A stretch of 21,039 nucleotides of DNA from a virus (IMGVR_UViG_2718218398_000002), one strand, 5' to 3'; counted from the first letter of the stretch, positions 8,598 through 20,216 are shown. The notes: generated by a model not told the origin, from the sequence alone. Program-made: numbers and translations.

Positions 8598-10139
8598 TCA
8601 GTGGTAATACTCACTGCCGCGTACGTTTTCGTGTTCCATCGTGGATAACAGATCTGGTTTTGGATCCTGAACAGGTTGTTTATCCAGACCTTTTTCCAGG
8701 ATCGATTTAATACCTGACAGACGCCATACCTTTGTTTTCAGAGCTCTTGCACATGCTGCATTAAGTCTGGCTTTACTGTATTTTTTATGAAGGTTCAGGA
8801 GTCCAAGGCAGAAGCGATAGCTTTGTTCCGGATGTGGACGAGAGTTCAGTATATGAAGCACATAACTATGAGTTTCACTGCCTATGTGCCCCGCCCATTC
8901 CAGAAGACGCTCTGGCGTCCAGGTGGCATGCTGTCGATGAGCTTCAGGCATGTGCTCGTTGCGGGTACTGTAGCCATAAGTACGCTTGCGCGGGTGCACA
9001 GCAACCTCCTGCCCCTGATTGAAGAGTCTTACCAGTTCTCCGGAGATCCATGCTTCCAGTTGCTGGCCTAACAGCGAACATGGAACCGAGTAGTAATGTT
9101 TGTCGATTTCCACGTGGTAATCGGCATGAACTCTGACTTTCTTCACCAGGGTGTAACTGTAACTGGCTTCAGGAAGAGGCTTCAGTGCGGGTTTATCAAG
9201 CTGGATGAAGAGTTCTGCACGTGAATAACCCAACTTCTGCATTATTTTGTTATTCAGTCTTTCCAGCAACTCCCGAATGCGCTGATTAAGCGATGCAAGG
9301 CTGTAGAAGATCTCATGCCTGATTCGGGCCATGATCCAGCGTTCAACAACCTGAACGCCAACTTCAGCTTTGGCTTTATCTTTCGGTTTACGTGGCCGCG
9401 CAGGCAAAACTGCGACATTATAATGCTCAAGCATCTGCTGGTAGGTAGGGTTAACGTCAGGATCATACTTACATGCCCTGGATGTGGCGCTTTTCAGATT
9501 GTCCGGAACAACAAGTTCAGGAACGCCACCCAACCACTGGAAGCAGCGAACATGACTCATCACCCAGTCTTCAAGCTGCTGAGACCAGGTGGCCTCTGCC
9601 CATGTGTAACTTGATGCCCCGAGAACAGCTACGATGACCTGAGCAGTTCTTATTTCTCCGGTCTCAGGGTCGGTAACGCCAACGGTAGGTCCACAGTAAT
9701 CAACGAAAAGTTTTTCGCCAGCTTTATGTACCTGACGCATTGATGGTGAAGTGGTTTTGAGCTATTCACGGTACATCCGGCAGTAATGGTTATAGCTGTA
9801 AAAACCGCCTGGATTACGCTCACAGTATTCTTCCCAGAGTAGCTGCAGCGTCACGCATTTATTACGCAGTTCCCGGTGTACTGTAGCCCAGTCAGGCAGA
9901 GAGTGCTTCTTCATCTTAACCTGGGTCTGAAGGAACGCATGTTTTAGTTTTGTATCATCCCATCCTGTAGGTAAGGGCCACTGCTTTATGCCAAGTTGAG
10001 CCGCCCGATTAGCATATCTGGATACAACGGAAGGGGAGATTGCAAGACTACGACCAATTTGTCGATGGCTGAGTCCAACACCGTATTTAAGCCTAAGAAT
10101 TTCTTTAAGTTTTCTCATAGAAATTGGAACTGTTGGCAT
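8598..10139 (-). pseudogene. istA: IS21-family transposase IstA, interrupted by an in-frame TAG
   Basis: The N-terminal HTH ORF (9762..10139, 125 aa) and the DDE-domain ORF (8598..9740, 380 aa) are in the same frame, separated only by an amber codon at 9762..9764 (...[19 protein letters not shown]...). Confidence 0.65.
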
Positions 10140-10332
10140 AGGTATCCTTTACCGGAATGGCAAAAGATACAGATCAACACACCTGTGAAGTTCCAATAAC
10201 ATTGATGGAGATCACTGAATAACAAAATGAGTCAAAAGTGATCTCCATCGATGTTATTCAGCGATCTGTTCAAATGTTATTACCCGATCTCGATGGAAGT
10301 TATTGAGTGATCTCCTTTCATGAAAATACGCA

Positions 10333-10712
10333 AAAGTCGACACACGGCTGTAAGCCACACCCGCCATCGCATACGCGCTGAACCATTCATTCACGCGTAC
10401 AGACGGCCCCGCCATCACGCTGAACCAGCGGTTACGCACGGAATCTTCATGCCAGCGGGTATCGCTGTAGCGCGTTTTTTGCTCATCCTCAGCATTGGCA
10501 TAACTGAAGGACGTAATCAGCCCCAGCGCGTCCGTAAACTCATAACGGTATTTCACGTTAATCCCGTTCAGATCATCACTACCGGGAACGTTCGTCGAGG
10601 CATGGAGATACCCCGCGCTCAGCGTGGACTGATGTTCTGCTGCACTCGCTGGCGTAGCAGCGGCGACCTGCCAGACTACTGCGGACAAAATAACAGCACA
10701 TAATTTACGCAT
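10333..10712 (-). pseudogene. lom: lom 5' fragment (signal peptide and N-terminal beta-barrel portion)
   Basis: MRKLCAVILSAVVWQVAAATPASAAEHQSTLSAGYLHASTN...AYSRVSTF matches the lambda Lom N-terminus up to the IS junction. SD GAGAGG precedes the ATG. Confidence 0.85.
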
Positions 10713-10737
10713 AATTACCTCTCGCTTTTCTGCAATA

Positions 10738-10761
10738 AAAAAGGCGCCATTTCTGGCGCCC
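10738..10761 (-). terminator. intrinsic terminator between J and lom
   Basis: Perfect stem ggcgcc / ggcgcc around a 6-nt loop, followed on the minus strand by UUUUUUAUU. Confidence 0.6.
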
Positions 10762-10779
10762 GTATCTGGGTTATAAAAT

Positions 10780-13700
10780 TCAGCTAATCGTGATGCCTGC
10801 AGTGGCTTTCTTCATCACCACAACCAGCAAATCGCTGATACTTGCTGTGGGATACCAGTTATTTACCAGCCATGCTGACACCGAAAACTCCAGTGTCATG
10901 TGACCGTGACCGGCAGGCATATCAATAACACCACTGTAAATCAGCGTATTATCCAGCGCGGTACGGTTATAAATTTCAGCACCGTTTTTCCGCACTATCA
11001 GACGGCATGAGGAGTAAATATCAGTATGCTCTTTCTCATGTTTAGCGCCGCTGAATGCCACCGCCGGAATAACAATCTGCCGGTCAAACGGCTGATCGTC
11101 ATAAACCCTGACGGTAATGGTTCCTGATGGCCACCGCTCCGGTGCACGGGAGTCCCGGGGGAAAGCTTTGCCCACTGTTTTAACGAGATCGCCTTCAATC
11201 TGGTTCGCGGACAATTTTCCCAGAACCCGACAGTTCTCGTTAATCGTGACGTTGTTGAGCGTCCCGGAGTTCGCATTCACGTTACCGCTGATATCGGCAT
11301 TTTTCGCCGTCAGCCGCCCGTCCGGTGTCAGGGAAAATGCCGGAGGATTACCGCCGCTGGTAATGGTGGGAGCCGTCAGATATTTCAGGAACACTTCATT
11401 CATAAATATCTGATCGCCCTGACCAACAAACATCGGCTTTGTGTTGCCATTCGCAGGATTAATCATCGCAATCCTGTCTGCCGCCAGCAGCACCTGACTC
11501 TGCATTCCTGCTGGCGTATTCTCAATACCGGCACCGATACCCGCAATATAAAGGCGTCCGTCCTGCATCTGCTGCAGTTTCACGGCCCACATGCTGTTCA
11601 GGTTATTATTTGTATCAACCTGAACTTTCTGTATCTGCTGGATTGCCGCACTCTGATTTTCCAGTTTTTTATTGACGGTCTGCGTGATTTCATTGCTGAC
11701 ATTCGTAATGGACGTCCTGATTTCAGCCAGGTCCGGCGCAAGCTGACCGTTATCAATCTGCGTCCACAGCTCCTGGGCCAGATGTGTTTTCCCGATTTCT
11801 CCTTTGAAAAAATCCAGGTAACCTTCCGCATCATCGCTCGCCCGACCGACAGCCTCCACGAATGCCGATTTGCCAACAGTATTCACACTGCGGATATAAA
11901 AATAATAATCATGGCCCGGTTTGATATTGATACTGGCAGCTATCCAGTACAGCGCCGAGCCAAGATAGCGGGCTGCGGTTTCAACCTGCCTGATATCCGC
12001 AATCCGCTTTTCCGAGAACCAGAACTCAAACTGTACCGTCGGGTCATAAACGGCAAGATGTGGCGTTGCGGTTATCTGAAAATAGCCCGGCGTCAGCTCA
12101 ATCCGCGACGGTGCTGCCGGTGCGGCAATCCGGAAGGTGGTGGTGGCAGGTTCACCCTGCTGGCCATAGCTGTTTATCGCCCGCACCGTCAGGGTGTATT
12201 CCCCGAGCGGCAGGCCGCTGAAACGGTGCTCCGTGTCTGCGGTGATGGCGGTGGTCACCAGTCTGGCATCCGTTCCCTTACCACTGGTCAGGCGCAGACT
12301 GAAGCGCACACCCTTCACCACCCGCGGCGTGTCCATTTCGCCTGCGCCAGATACTGGCCGTCAGCTGCGCTCACCTCCACCGTCAGGTGCTGCACTGCCG
12401 GTGGGATGACGCTGTTCAGGGAACCTGACTGCGGCTCAAAGCGGGCACCGTTATCCACGATGGCTTCTTTTTCCGGTACGTGCTGCACCGCCGTGATGGC
12501 AAAGGTGCCGTCCGTGTTTTCCCGGATGGAGACACAGCGGAACAGGCGACGGCGCAGTGACGGCAGGGAGAGTCCCCCACACCCCGTATGTCTCCACACC
12601 ATCAGGCAGGGTACTGACCTGTATCCGGTCCGGCGCGGGGTGTGCGGTGATGTCCACACTCACCGGCTTACCGCTGCCGTTAATCAGGTTCACCGCCGAT
12701 GTACCTGTCTCCGGCAGGGTAACCTCACGGTCCAGCGTCAGGGTGCGGGTGGCAGCATCAATGGACAGGACACGTCCGCCGGTCAGGGTCCCGGCATAGT
12801 CATTATCACAGATTTCAATAATGTCACCGGGTGTGTGCCGCAGCCCCTGAGACCCGAGCGTGAAATCCACCGTCTGCGTTTCCAGCAGTTCGGTCTTTAT
12901 CACCCACAGTCCGGCACGGTGGGCCTGACCGCGGCTGGTACAGCCGAACGCGTCCATCTTCAGCAGGTTGCGTCCGTAGCGCAGTATGGCTTCCGGGTCT
13001 TCCACCAGTTCCGTGGAGGTCTGCCAGCCGTTCTGCGGGTCGGTGTAATTCACCTCCACCGCCGTGTGCCGGTCCTTCAGGGCACTGAAGCTGTAGCGGA
13101 ATCCCACGCCGTTATCATCCACCACCACATCGCTGTTGGTGTACGGCCACACCACATCCGACGGGCGGTCCTGAACGAACGTCAGCGTCTGACCGTTCCA
13201 TACCGGGCATACAGCGCATCGCAGAGCAGAAATCACTGAGAACGTCCCACGCCTTACGCTGTTGTGCCAGGTACGCATTAAAGGTCATCCGCGGCTCGGT
13301 CCCCCCGAAACCATCCGGGACCGTCTGGTCGCAGTACTGCCCGATGGCATACAGCGCCCACTTGTCCACATCCGCCGCCCCCAGACGTTTTTCCCATGCC
13401 GTAGCGCGGGTGAGTCAGCATGTCCCACAGACACCAGGCCGGGTTGTTGCTGTATGCCGGTTTCAGACTGCCGTCCCAGATACCACTATACGTGCGTTTT
13501 TCCGGGTCATAGTTTGACGGCACCTGGATGATGCGACCGCGGATATGGTAGTTCACCGTCATCTGCTGGCCGCCGAACTGCTCCGCATCCACCTGCAGCC
13601 CCACAATGGCCGTGTTCGGGTAGCACTGTTTCACATCGATGATTTCGGTGTATGACGACCACAGCGTCTTATTCTGCAGCTGGTCCGTGGTGCTGTCCGC

Positions 13701-14255
13701 CGTCTCCCTGACCATCCGGATGTTAAAGGGCCGGGGAGGCAGATTATCCAGAATCACCGAGGCCAGGAACTGTGAGGTGGTCTTGCCGTTAATGGTGACG
13801 TCCTTTTCTGTCACCCAGTTACCGTTACGCTGTAACTGAATCAGCAGGCGGACGGATGCCGGGTTACGGTCACCCTTTGAGGTGGTCTCCACCAGTGACT
13901 GCACCCCGAAGGTAACCCGCAGGCGGTCAATGTTCGCGGACGTAATGGTGCGCGTCACCGGTTTTGCCTTCGTCACTTCCACGCCCAGTCCGGTTTCAGC
14001 TCCGGAGGACTCAAAGCCTTCCGGTGGTGTCTGCTCCTGCTCCCCGGCGCGCCAGACCGCCGTCACACCGTGTATCACGGGATTGCCGTCCGTGTCCGTC
14101 AGTGGGGTTTTGTTCACCAGAATACTCTGCAGTCCCTTCACCGGACCTTCTATCGGTCCCTCACCAATCGCATCAATCACGCTCATCATCTGCGTGGATT
14201 TGAGATTATCCTTCGCCTCACGAGGCGTGTGTGCCTTACCGCCACCTTTTCCCAT
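10780..14255 (-). pseudogene. J: tail tip / host specificity protein J, broken by four single-base frameshifts
   Basis: Five consecutive minus-strand ORFs (13278..14255, 13115..13369, 12451..13278, 12315..12659, 10780..12336) are collinear with lambda J from its MGKG... N-terminus onward. Each junction is a 1-bp indel in a homopolymer (near 13387..13391, 13205..13207, 12573..12577 and 12337..12338). Confidence 0.85.
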
Positions 14256-14359
14256 ACAGCCTTCCCCTGAATAAATTAACCGCCACTTGCCATTCCGTAC
14301 AGAAGTCGGATATCCTTCGCCCGAAAAGCATGAAACACATTTCTGCCATGCTAAAGAGA

Positions 14360-14393
14360 AACCCCGGTATCAGCAGATACCGGGGTTTTCTTT
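14360..14393. terminator. strong hairpin inside the I-J intergenic insert
   Basis: Perfect 11-12-bp stem accccggtatc / gataccggggt with loop agca, followed by TTTTCTTTC on the plus strand and UUUCUCUUU on the minus strand. Confidence 0.45.
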
Positions 14394-14462
14394 CATGCCC
14401 ACCGATAATCCTGTTGGTTAAAACCGGGTAATGGCATAAAAATTTCTGAATATCTTCACATT

Positions 14463-14490
14463 TTCACACACTGACTGTGGCGCTTATAAT
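14463..14490 (+). promoter_or_regulatory. near-consensus sigma70 promoter, plus strand, antisense to the tail operon
   Basis: TTCACA (14463..14468), 16-bp spacer, TATAAT (14485..14490), with an AT-rich UP-like tract just upstream (14433..14460). Confidence 0.4.
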
Positions 14491-14496
14491 TTCGCT

Positions 14497-14594
14497 GCGT
14501 TAGTGTTTTTTTGCCCGAGTAACAAAAACAACTCCTTAACATTGATCTTCATTTGTCTGTCCCCGCAGCTCCGCGATCACTGCGGGATTTTTTT
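14497..14594 (+). ncRNA. candidate ~100-nt small RNA (promoter to terminator, no ORF)
   Basis: Lies between the predicted transcription start after the TATAAT box and the intrinsic terminator at 14562..14594. Contains no ATG with an SD. Confidence 0.25.
14562..14594 (+). terminator. intrinsic terminator, plus-strand orientation, abutting the I stop codon
   Basis: Stem cccgcag...ctgcggg followed by T7 (14588..14594). On the minus strand an A-run precedes the stem, so it is not a canonical terminator for gene I. Confidence 0.5.
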
Positions 14595-14599
14595 ATGTT

Positions 14600-15282
14600 T
14601 TATCCCTGTCGCCCGATAACCACGACCGTTCCGCCCCCGCCTTCATCACGGGTGCTGATGTCCTGGGATATACGGCGGGAGCCAACCAGCATTTCCCCGT
14701 AAGGCACCGGCATCGGGTTCCCCTGGGCAATCATGTTATCCAGCGAGGAAAAGTACGTGTTCTGTCTGCCGTTATCCGTTGCGCGGTAATCCGGTGTTTT
14801 TGCCTTCGGGGCCAGCATCTGGGCCACACCGCCCAGAATCATGCTGGCTCCAAGTGAAAACAGCATCGTGGTGGCAGAAAAACCACCGGGCTGCCAGGGC
14901 TGAACCCCATAACGCCATTGATGCCCCGGCAGTGAAGAAAGAGCCCACGATGGCTGCCGCCCCCAGGCACAATCTGCAGTCCACCCTTTCCGGCCCCGGC
15001 CAGTCGCGGCACAATATGGATGACCGTTCCCTCACCCAGCTGTTCGTGAAGACGGGCGTACACCGCCTCCGGTGCCGTGTCATAACCGGCAATACGTATC
15101 TGGTACCAGCCTTCGTTCATCTGACGGCGAAAGCCCGGCACCTGTAACGACAGCGCCCGGATGGCTTCCGCTGCCGTGTTCACATACAGGCTGAGGCGGC
15201 GGCCAAATCGTTGTAAATCCCCGTGAAGGCAGATGCGTGCCAGTGGCGGTGACGCCAGACAGAATGCGTTCGTCGTTGCCAT
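14600..15282 (-). pseudogene. I: tail assembly protein I, two frameshifts
   Basis: Three overlapping minus-strand ORFs (14839..15282, 14772..15092, 14600..14866) are collinear with lambda I (ARICLxGDLQRFGRR ... AAAIxGSFFTAGA ... LFSLGASMxLGGVAQMLAPKA ... NTYFSSLDNM). Confidence 0.8.
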
Positions 15283-15922
15283 TTTTCGGAATACCTCTCC
15301 CGTTTACTCAGTTGTTCAGGCAGATGGTGAAGCAGCTCACCGTTGCCGCAGTAAATGGCGGCATGGTTCGGTACCGAAGCACCAAAGCAGCACAGCAGAA
15401 TATCGCCCGCCTGTGCAGAGGACAGGGGCACCCGGTAAAAGCCGGTGACCGCCATATTGTCCAGGTAAAGGTTCTGACCGTTGCGCCACCAGTCATCCTC
15501 GCGATGAAATCCGGCATTTCAGTCCCCGCCAGATGATAAGCATCCCGGAACAGCGTGTAACAGTCCGTCACCCCGTGCTCAAAGCGCCGTCCTGTCAGAT
15601 GTGGCACACAGCGGAATTTGTGAATGTCACCCCGGCAGACCAGCCACCAGGGCAGTGCGCTTTTTATCTGCAGCCGCCGGTCAGCCTCGCTCAGCCAGGG
15701 CAGCCCACCGGGATGACTGTGGACCAGTGCCACAATCTCCCCCTGCATCTCTGCCCGCAGCCAGTCTTCCGGTGCGATACGAAAATACGCCTCCGGCTCT
15801 GCAGAAATATTCACACAAGGGATATACCACTCCCCCTCCGACGTGCTTATCACGAAGCCGCACGACTCCGCAGGCGCACACCGCCGGGCATGCGCCAGAA
15901 TCGCTGATTCAGTCTGTGTCAT
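15180..15922 (-). pseudogene. K: tail assembly protein K (MPN/JAMM plus NlpC/P60-like), one frameshift
   Basis: MTQTESAILAHARRCAPAESCGFVIS...HSHPGG...DCYTLFRDAYHLAG then a frame break (a single-base deletion near 15505, changing TTCC to TTC in the coding sense), continuing as ...VTGFYRVPLSSAQAGD...PNHAAIYCG... in the ORF 15180..15455. Overlaps the start of I by about 100 nt. Confidence 0.8.
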
Positions 15923-15932
15923 AAACCGGGAT

Positions 15933-16631
15933 TTACTGCGAAAGTTTATTAATGGAAAGGAAACCGCCAAAATTGCCGACATTCCTGCGCAGTTCACACC
16001 CGCGCATGCACTTGCTGCATCTGTCCTTACGGATATCCGTGGTGGGGTTGTCGAACTCATCCGCCACCGCAGGACCGTTATACCCGCATTCATCTCCCCG
16101 GTAATCCCACATACAGGTGTTCGCCAGCATGATGCGACCGGGAAACAGCGCCCCATCCGTCTCGGTCGGTGTAGCCAGCACAAACGAGGCCGTCATGGCT
16201 GTCAGCTGCGACATCTGCTCCACCACCCAGCGGTCACTCAGCTCCTGCTCCGGGTCCGCCTCCGGATTGCCCGCAACGAAATTCACCGCATCCAGAAAAC
16301 GGGCATACACCCGGCGGCGGACCACCGTGGCCCCCACCAGACTCTGCAGGTCTTCCGCCATCCCGGTGACCAGACCGAACAGATTGGACACCGTCAGCGA
16401 CGGTCTGGCACTGCTGCCCTTCCCGCTCATCTCAAAACCGCTGCCGTCAATCGGGTATGCCTGATATTGCCGCCCCTGCCAGGTGACCGGCTCCCCTTTT
16501 TCATTCAGCTCATTACAGAAAAAATACCGCTCACCGCCCTGTACCGTCAGGTCGATTTCCCAGAGTACCACCCGCGGTGACTGCTCTGACTTAACCGACT
16601 CGTTCAGACTTTCTTCGCGAATATCCTGCAT
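15933..16631 (-). CDS. L: tail tip assembly protein L
   Basis: 232-aa intact ORF; MQDIREESLNE...GNFGGFLSINKLSQ is collinear with lambda L throughout. Confidence 0.9.
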   Translation of the reverse strand: MQDIREESLNESVKSEQSPRVVLWEIDLTVQGGERYFFCNELNEKGEPVTWQGRQYQAYPIDGSGFEMSGKGSSARPSLTVSNLFGLVTGMAEDLQSLVGATVVRRRVYARFLDAVNFVAGNPEADPEQELSDRWVVEQMSQLTAMTASFVLATPTETDGALFPGRIMLANTCMWDYRGDECGYNGPAVADEFDNPTTDIRKDRCSKCMRGCELRRNVGNFGGFLSINKLSQ

Positions 16632-16972
16632 CAGTTCACCACCTGCTCAATCGTACAACTGAAATCACTGTGCCTGGCGTTATCTGTGACGCTCCACTCC
16701 CGGCACACCACCCTCACCGTCAGGTTATGTTTCGGCGGTCGCCACAAAAAGGCACGGTAACCACCATGCCACGATAAAAATTCATCCAGCCAGCGCCGGG
16801 TTGGTTCATCCGTCACCCGGAACACCGCCTGAAACGTCTTCAGTCTGGCATTAAGTCCCGTCGGTCGGCGCTGTTCATAACCGTCACCAAACCGAACCCT
16901 CACCACCGACGGTTTCTCACTCACCTGCATCCCTTCACGCGGGACCAGATGCAGCGTTTTTATCTCAGCCAC
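16631..16972 (-). CDS. M: minor tail protein M
   Basis: 113-aa intact ORF with the lambda M-like core VRFGDGYEQR and C-terminus IEQVVN; its stop overlaps the L start. Confidence 0.85.
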   Translation of the reverse strand: MAEIKTLHLVPREGMQVSEKPSVVRVRFGDGYEQRRPTGLNARLKTFQAVFRVTDEPTRRWLDEFLSWHGGYRAFLWRPPKHNLTVRVVCREWSVTDNARHSDFSCTIEQVVN

Positions 16973-19900
16973 TCAGCATTCCTCCGTCACGTCGCATGGA
17001 CAGCATCACCGCCTGCACCCGCTGGTCAATCAGCTGCACAAGACTGCCTGCCGCCTCCGCCCCTATCTGTCCGTTAGCCCCGTCATTCTGAATGGCGATG
17101 TGGTAGACCGGGGAATACACCAGACCGGCACTGCCGTTCATACTGCCCACCGCGCGTACGCCCAGCGAGCCATCCGCCGCCCGGGTCAGGGGCATAATGG
17201 CTTCAGGTCCGGCTTCCCCCATCAGCCCGGCCCCTTTTGCAAACGCAAAGTACGTGGGCGTGTCCACAATGCTGTTGCTGTACGCACTCAGGTTTGCCGA
17301 GGTATACACGCCGCCTTTTGCATTGGCCACCGCACCGCCCAGCCAGTCACCAATGCTGCCAATAAATCCTCCCGCACCGGACATACCGTTTGCCGCCGTC
17401 TTAATTCCGTTGACAATCGCAGCATTCATAAGAAACTTTTGAGATTTCCTGCAGTACGGATGAGGCCCAGTTGCGCCATTCCACTTTGTTTCCGTTCAGC
17501 ATCTCCGTGATGTTATTCACCATCCCTGAGATACCCTCCGTCGCAAGCTGTGCTGCCTGTGAGGCGTAATCGGATGCATTGTCCACCCAGTTACTGAGCC
17601 CCTCCTGCAAGCCTTTCTGCCAGTCCGCACGCTGCGCATCCGATTCGGCATAAAAGGCTGCCTGGTCCTTAAGGCGTTCGCTCAGATACTGCGCGTTCTG
17701 TGCCCGTGCCTGTCTGTAAAAATCCTCACTGATATCCCCGGTCTGATACTGAGACTGAAGGTCCGCATCCTTCTGGCGGAAGCTGTCACGGATCTGCTGC
17801 AACTCCCGCATGCGTTCCCTGGCTCGTTCTCCCTGCCCGTATCCCAGCAGTTCGGCTTCATTTGATGCACGCGCAGCCACATTATCATTCTTCAGGGTCT
17901 CTTCCCGGGATCGCAACTGTTCCCGGATTTTTTGCTGGTCAATCAGGGCCGCGTTACGCAGCAGTTCCTGCTTCTGCATCTCCGTCAGGGTTTTCAGTTC
18001 GCCCTGCGCAGTCTGGTACTTCAGCTTCGCCAGCTCTGTATTCTGACCCGCCAGTGCCAGTTGCTCTTTCTGCTGCTTCAGTAGCCGGGAAAAACTGTCT
18101 TCCGCTTTTTCCGTCTCTGATTTTCCACCCCGGGATTTAGGTTTGTTCGCCTCGTTATTACGCCAGGCTTCCAGAGCATTACTGATATAACGCTGTCTCG
18201 CCTCCTGATACGAATCCCCCACAAAACCAAGGTCATCCGCCGCATACCCCAGCCGGGCACGCTCTTTTTCCTCCCCTTCAGTCGGGACAGGGCCAGCTCA
18301 CGTTCTGTTTTTGTCAGGGCGCTCTGCTGTTTATCATCCAGGGTGGCCTGCGGCAGCCGTAACGGTACATTCACCAGTCCCTGACGCTGCTGAAGCAGTT
18401 CATTCCCCAGCCCCAGCAGACGGTTGAATTCCGTATGCTGACCGTTCATAACCAGCATGGACTGGTACACCTATTCTGCTCTGCCGCCTGCTGACGAATT
18501 AACGCCACACGACGGTCTTCCAGCCCGGCAAGCACATCCTGAATGGACTGCGCTTTTTCCTGCATCTGTGCCAGACGGGACTGCTCAACGGCAAGCTGCT
18601 CTGTTGCCTGAGAAAGCCCTTCCGTCACGGTCTTCACCGATGTCAGATGGTTTATCATGAATCCGTCACCGGTTGTCCAGCCAGGGTTAGCCAGAACATA
18701 CTGATATCCAGCGATTTTTTCCTGCAGGGATTTCACCCGGCTGGCCTGTTCATCAATCAGCCGGTTCTGCTCTGCCAGCGCCGCCCGTGTTCGTCCTTCA
18801 TTATCTGAGGCTTCAGGCAAAGACATTGACGGCGTTTTATGCGCGATTTCATCTATCGTCAGCATAAGTGCATACTGGCGCGCTGACTCCCTGGCCTGCT
18901 CCTGATTCTGGTACAGCGTATACCATGCTGCTGCCCCAGCATCACCAGTCCGGGTACGCCACCAACCAGTCCCAACGCACCAGTCATCAGACGTGAGCCC
19001 ACCGCCGTTGTACTGTTCAGCTCATTCTGGGCTGCGGTTCTGGCAGCAATATTTCTGTTCAGGCGTTCCTGTGTGGCCGCCAGACGGGCTTCTGCAGCAA
19101 TCTGCATCTCCGTCCCGCGGCTGCCGCCACAGCCTGCTGTGCACGGTACACGGCTGCCCTTGCCCGCGCCGTGGCAATCTGCGTCCCCCTGAGCTGTGCT
19201 TCCGCCAGTGCCACTTCATTACGTGCTGCCGTCACAAGTCCTGCCGTGGCAGCAGACACCCGCTCCGGAGGCCATATTGCCAAAGTACCGGGCAACCCCG
19301 ACGGCAACCAGCGCCCCCGCGGCTGTTGCCACATTATCAATATTACCGGCAACACCGTTCAGCACGCCGGAGAGCGTTTTCGTCGCTCCGCTGGCTTCAT
19401 TCGCGCCACCCACCCAGGCCATAAAGGCGTTTTCCACCTTTGTGATCCCGTCAGAGACCGTTTCCGGCATGGCGGCATATTCATCACGCAATACCCCCAG
19501 CTGGCTGATTAACGCAGGAACGACTTTATCCGCCGTCAGTTTGCCGTCGTCCGCCATCGCCTTAAGGTCTTTACGGGCCACGCCCATACCCGCAGCCAGT
19601 GCACGTACGATCCGGTCTCCGCTTTCATTGACCGAATTAAATTCCTCACCGCGTAACACACCCTGTGCCAGCGCCTGGCTGAACTGGGTGATCACCGAGC
19701 CCGCCTCTGCCGTACTGGCACCGGAGATTTTCAGCCCCGTGGAAATGGCCTCCGTCACCTTCAGCACATCATCAGCACTGTAACCATATTCACGCATTGA
19801 GGCTGCCGAGCGGGCAAACAGGGCCGCATTATCTGAAAATGCCGTGCCCGTCCGCTGGCTGATATCCATCAGCACTTTCTGTGATGACGAAAATTCATCG

Positions 19901-20216
19901 GATGACTGCGACGCGCCTGTTTCAGTCGGGCATTCACGGAACTCCATTCATCGGCCAGAGAAATCAGGTGTCCGGTGGCAAAGGCACCTGCAAATGCCCC
20001 CGCCGTTCCGGCAGCTGAAGCGCGGATTTCCGTCAACTGGCTGTTCAGCTCAGCCAGGGCGCGTCGCTGCACCCGGGCGACTGCGGCAGCCTGACGCCCG
20101 CCATTCTGCAGGGTCCGGTAATATTCACTGCCCATGCGGGAAGCCCGCTGGATCTCCGACTGGAATGACTGCGAATTTGCCGAAATTTTGATAATCAGTT
20201 CACGTAACGTCGCCAT
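16965..20216 (-). pseudogene. H: tail tape measure protein H, at least seven frameshifts
   Basis: Chain of eight overlapping minus-strand ORFs from 19869..20216 (N-terminus MATLRELIIKISANSQSFQSEIQRA) to 16965..17429 (C-terminal Gly-rich region resembling the lambda H C-terminus). Total span about 3.25 kb. Confidence 0.8.

Larger units (their letters stand above)
7751..10332 (-). mobile_element. IS21-family insertion sequence (istA-istB), about 2.58 kb, inserted in lom
   Basis: Termini TGCGTATT... and ...AATACGCA form inverted repeats with iterated GGAGATC motifs. Flanked by a 5-bp direct repeat AAAGT (7746..7750 and 10333..10337). Removing the element and one repeat copy restores a continuous lom reading frame. 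Confidence 0.8.

Noticed and set aside
11782-13239. 485-aa plus-strand ORF antisense to J
   Set aside because: It is entirely antisense to lambda-J-homologous sequence, Arg/Cys-rich, with no RBS; a long antisense ORF from GC-rich coding DNA.
15843-16580. 245-aa plus-strand ORF antisense to L and K
   Set aside because: It overlaps the well-supported L gene on the opposite strand and has basic low-complexity composition; treated as an antisense artefact.
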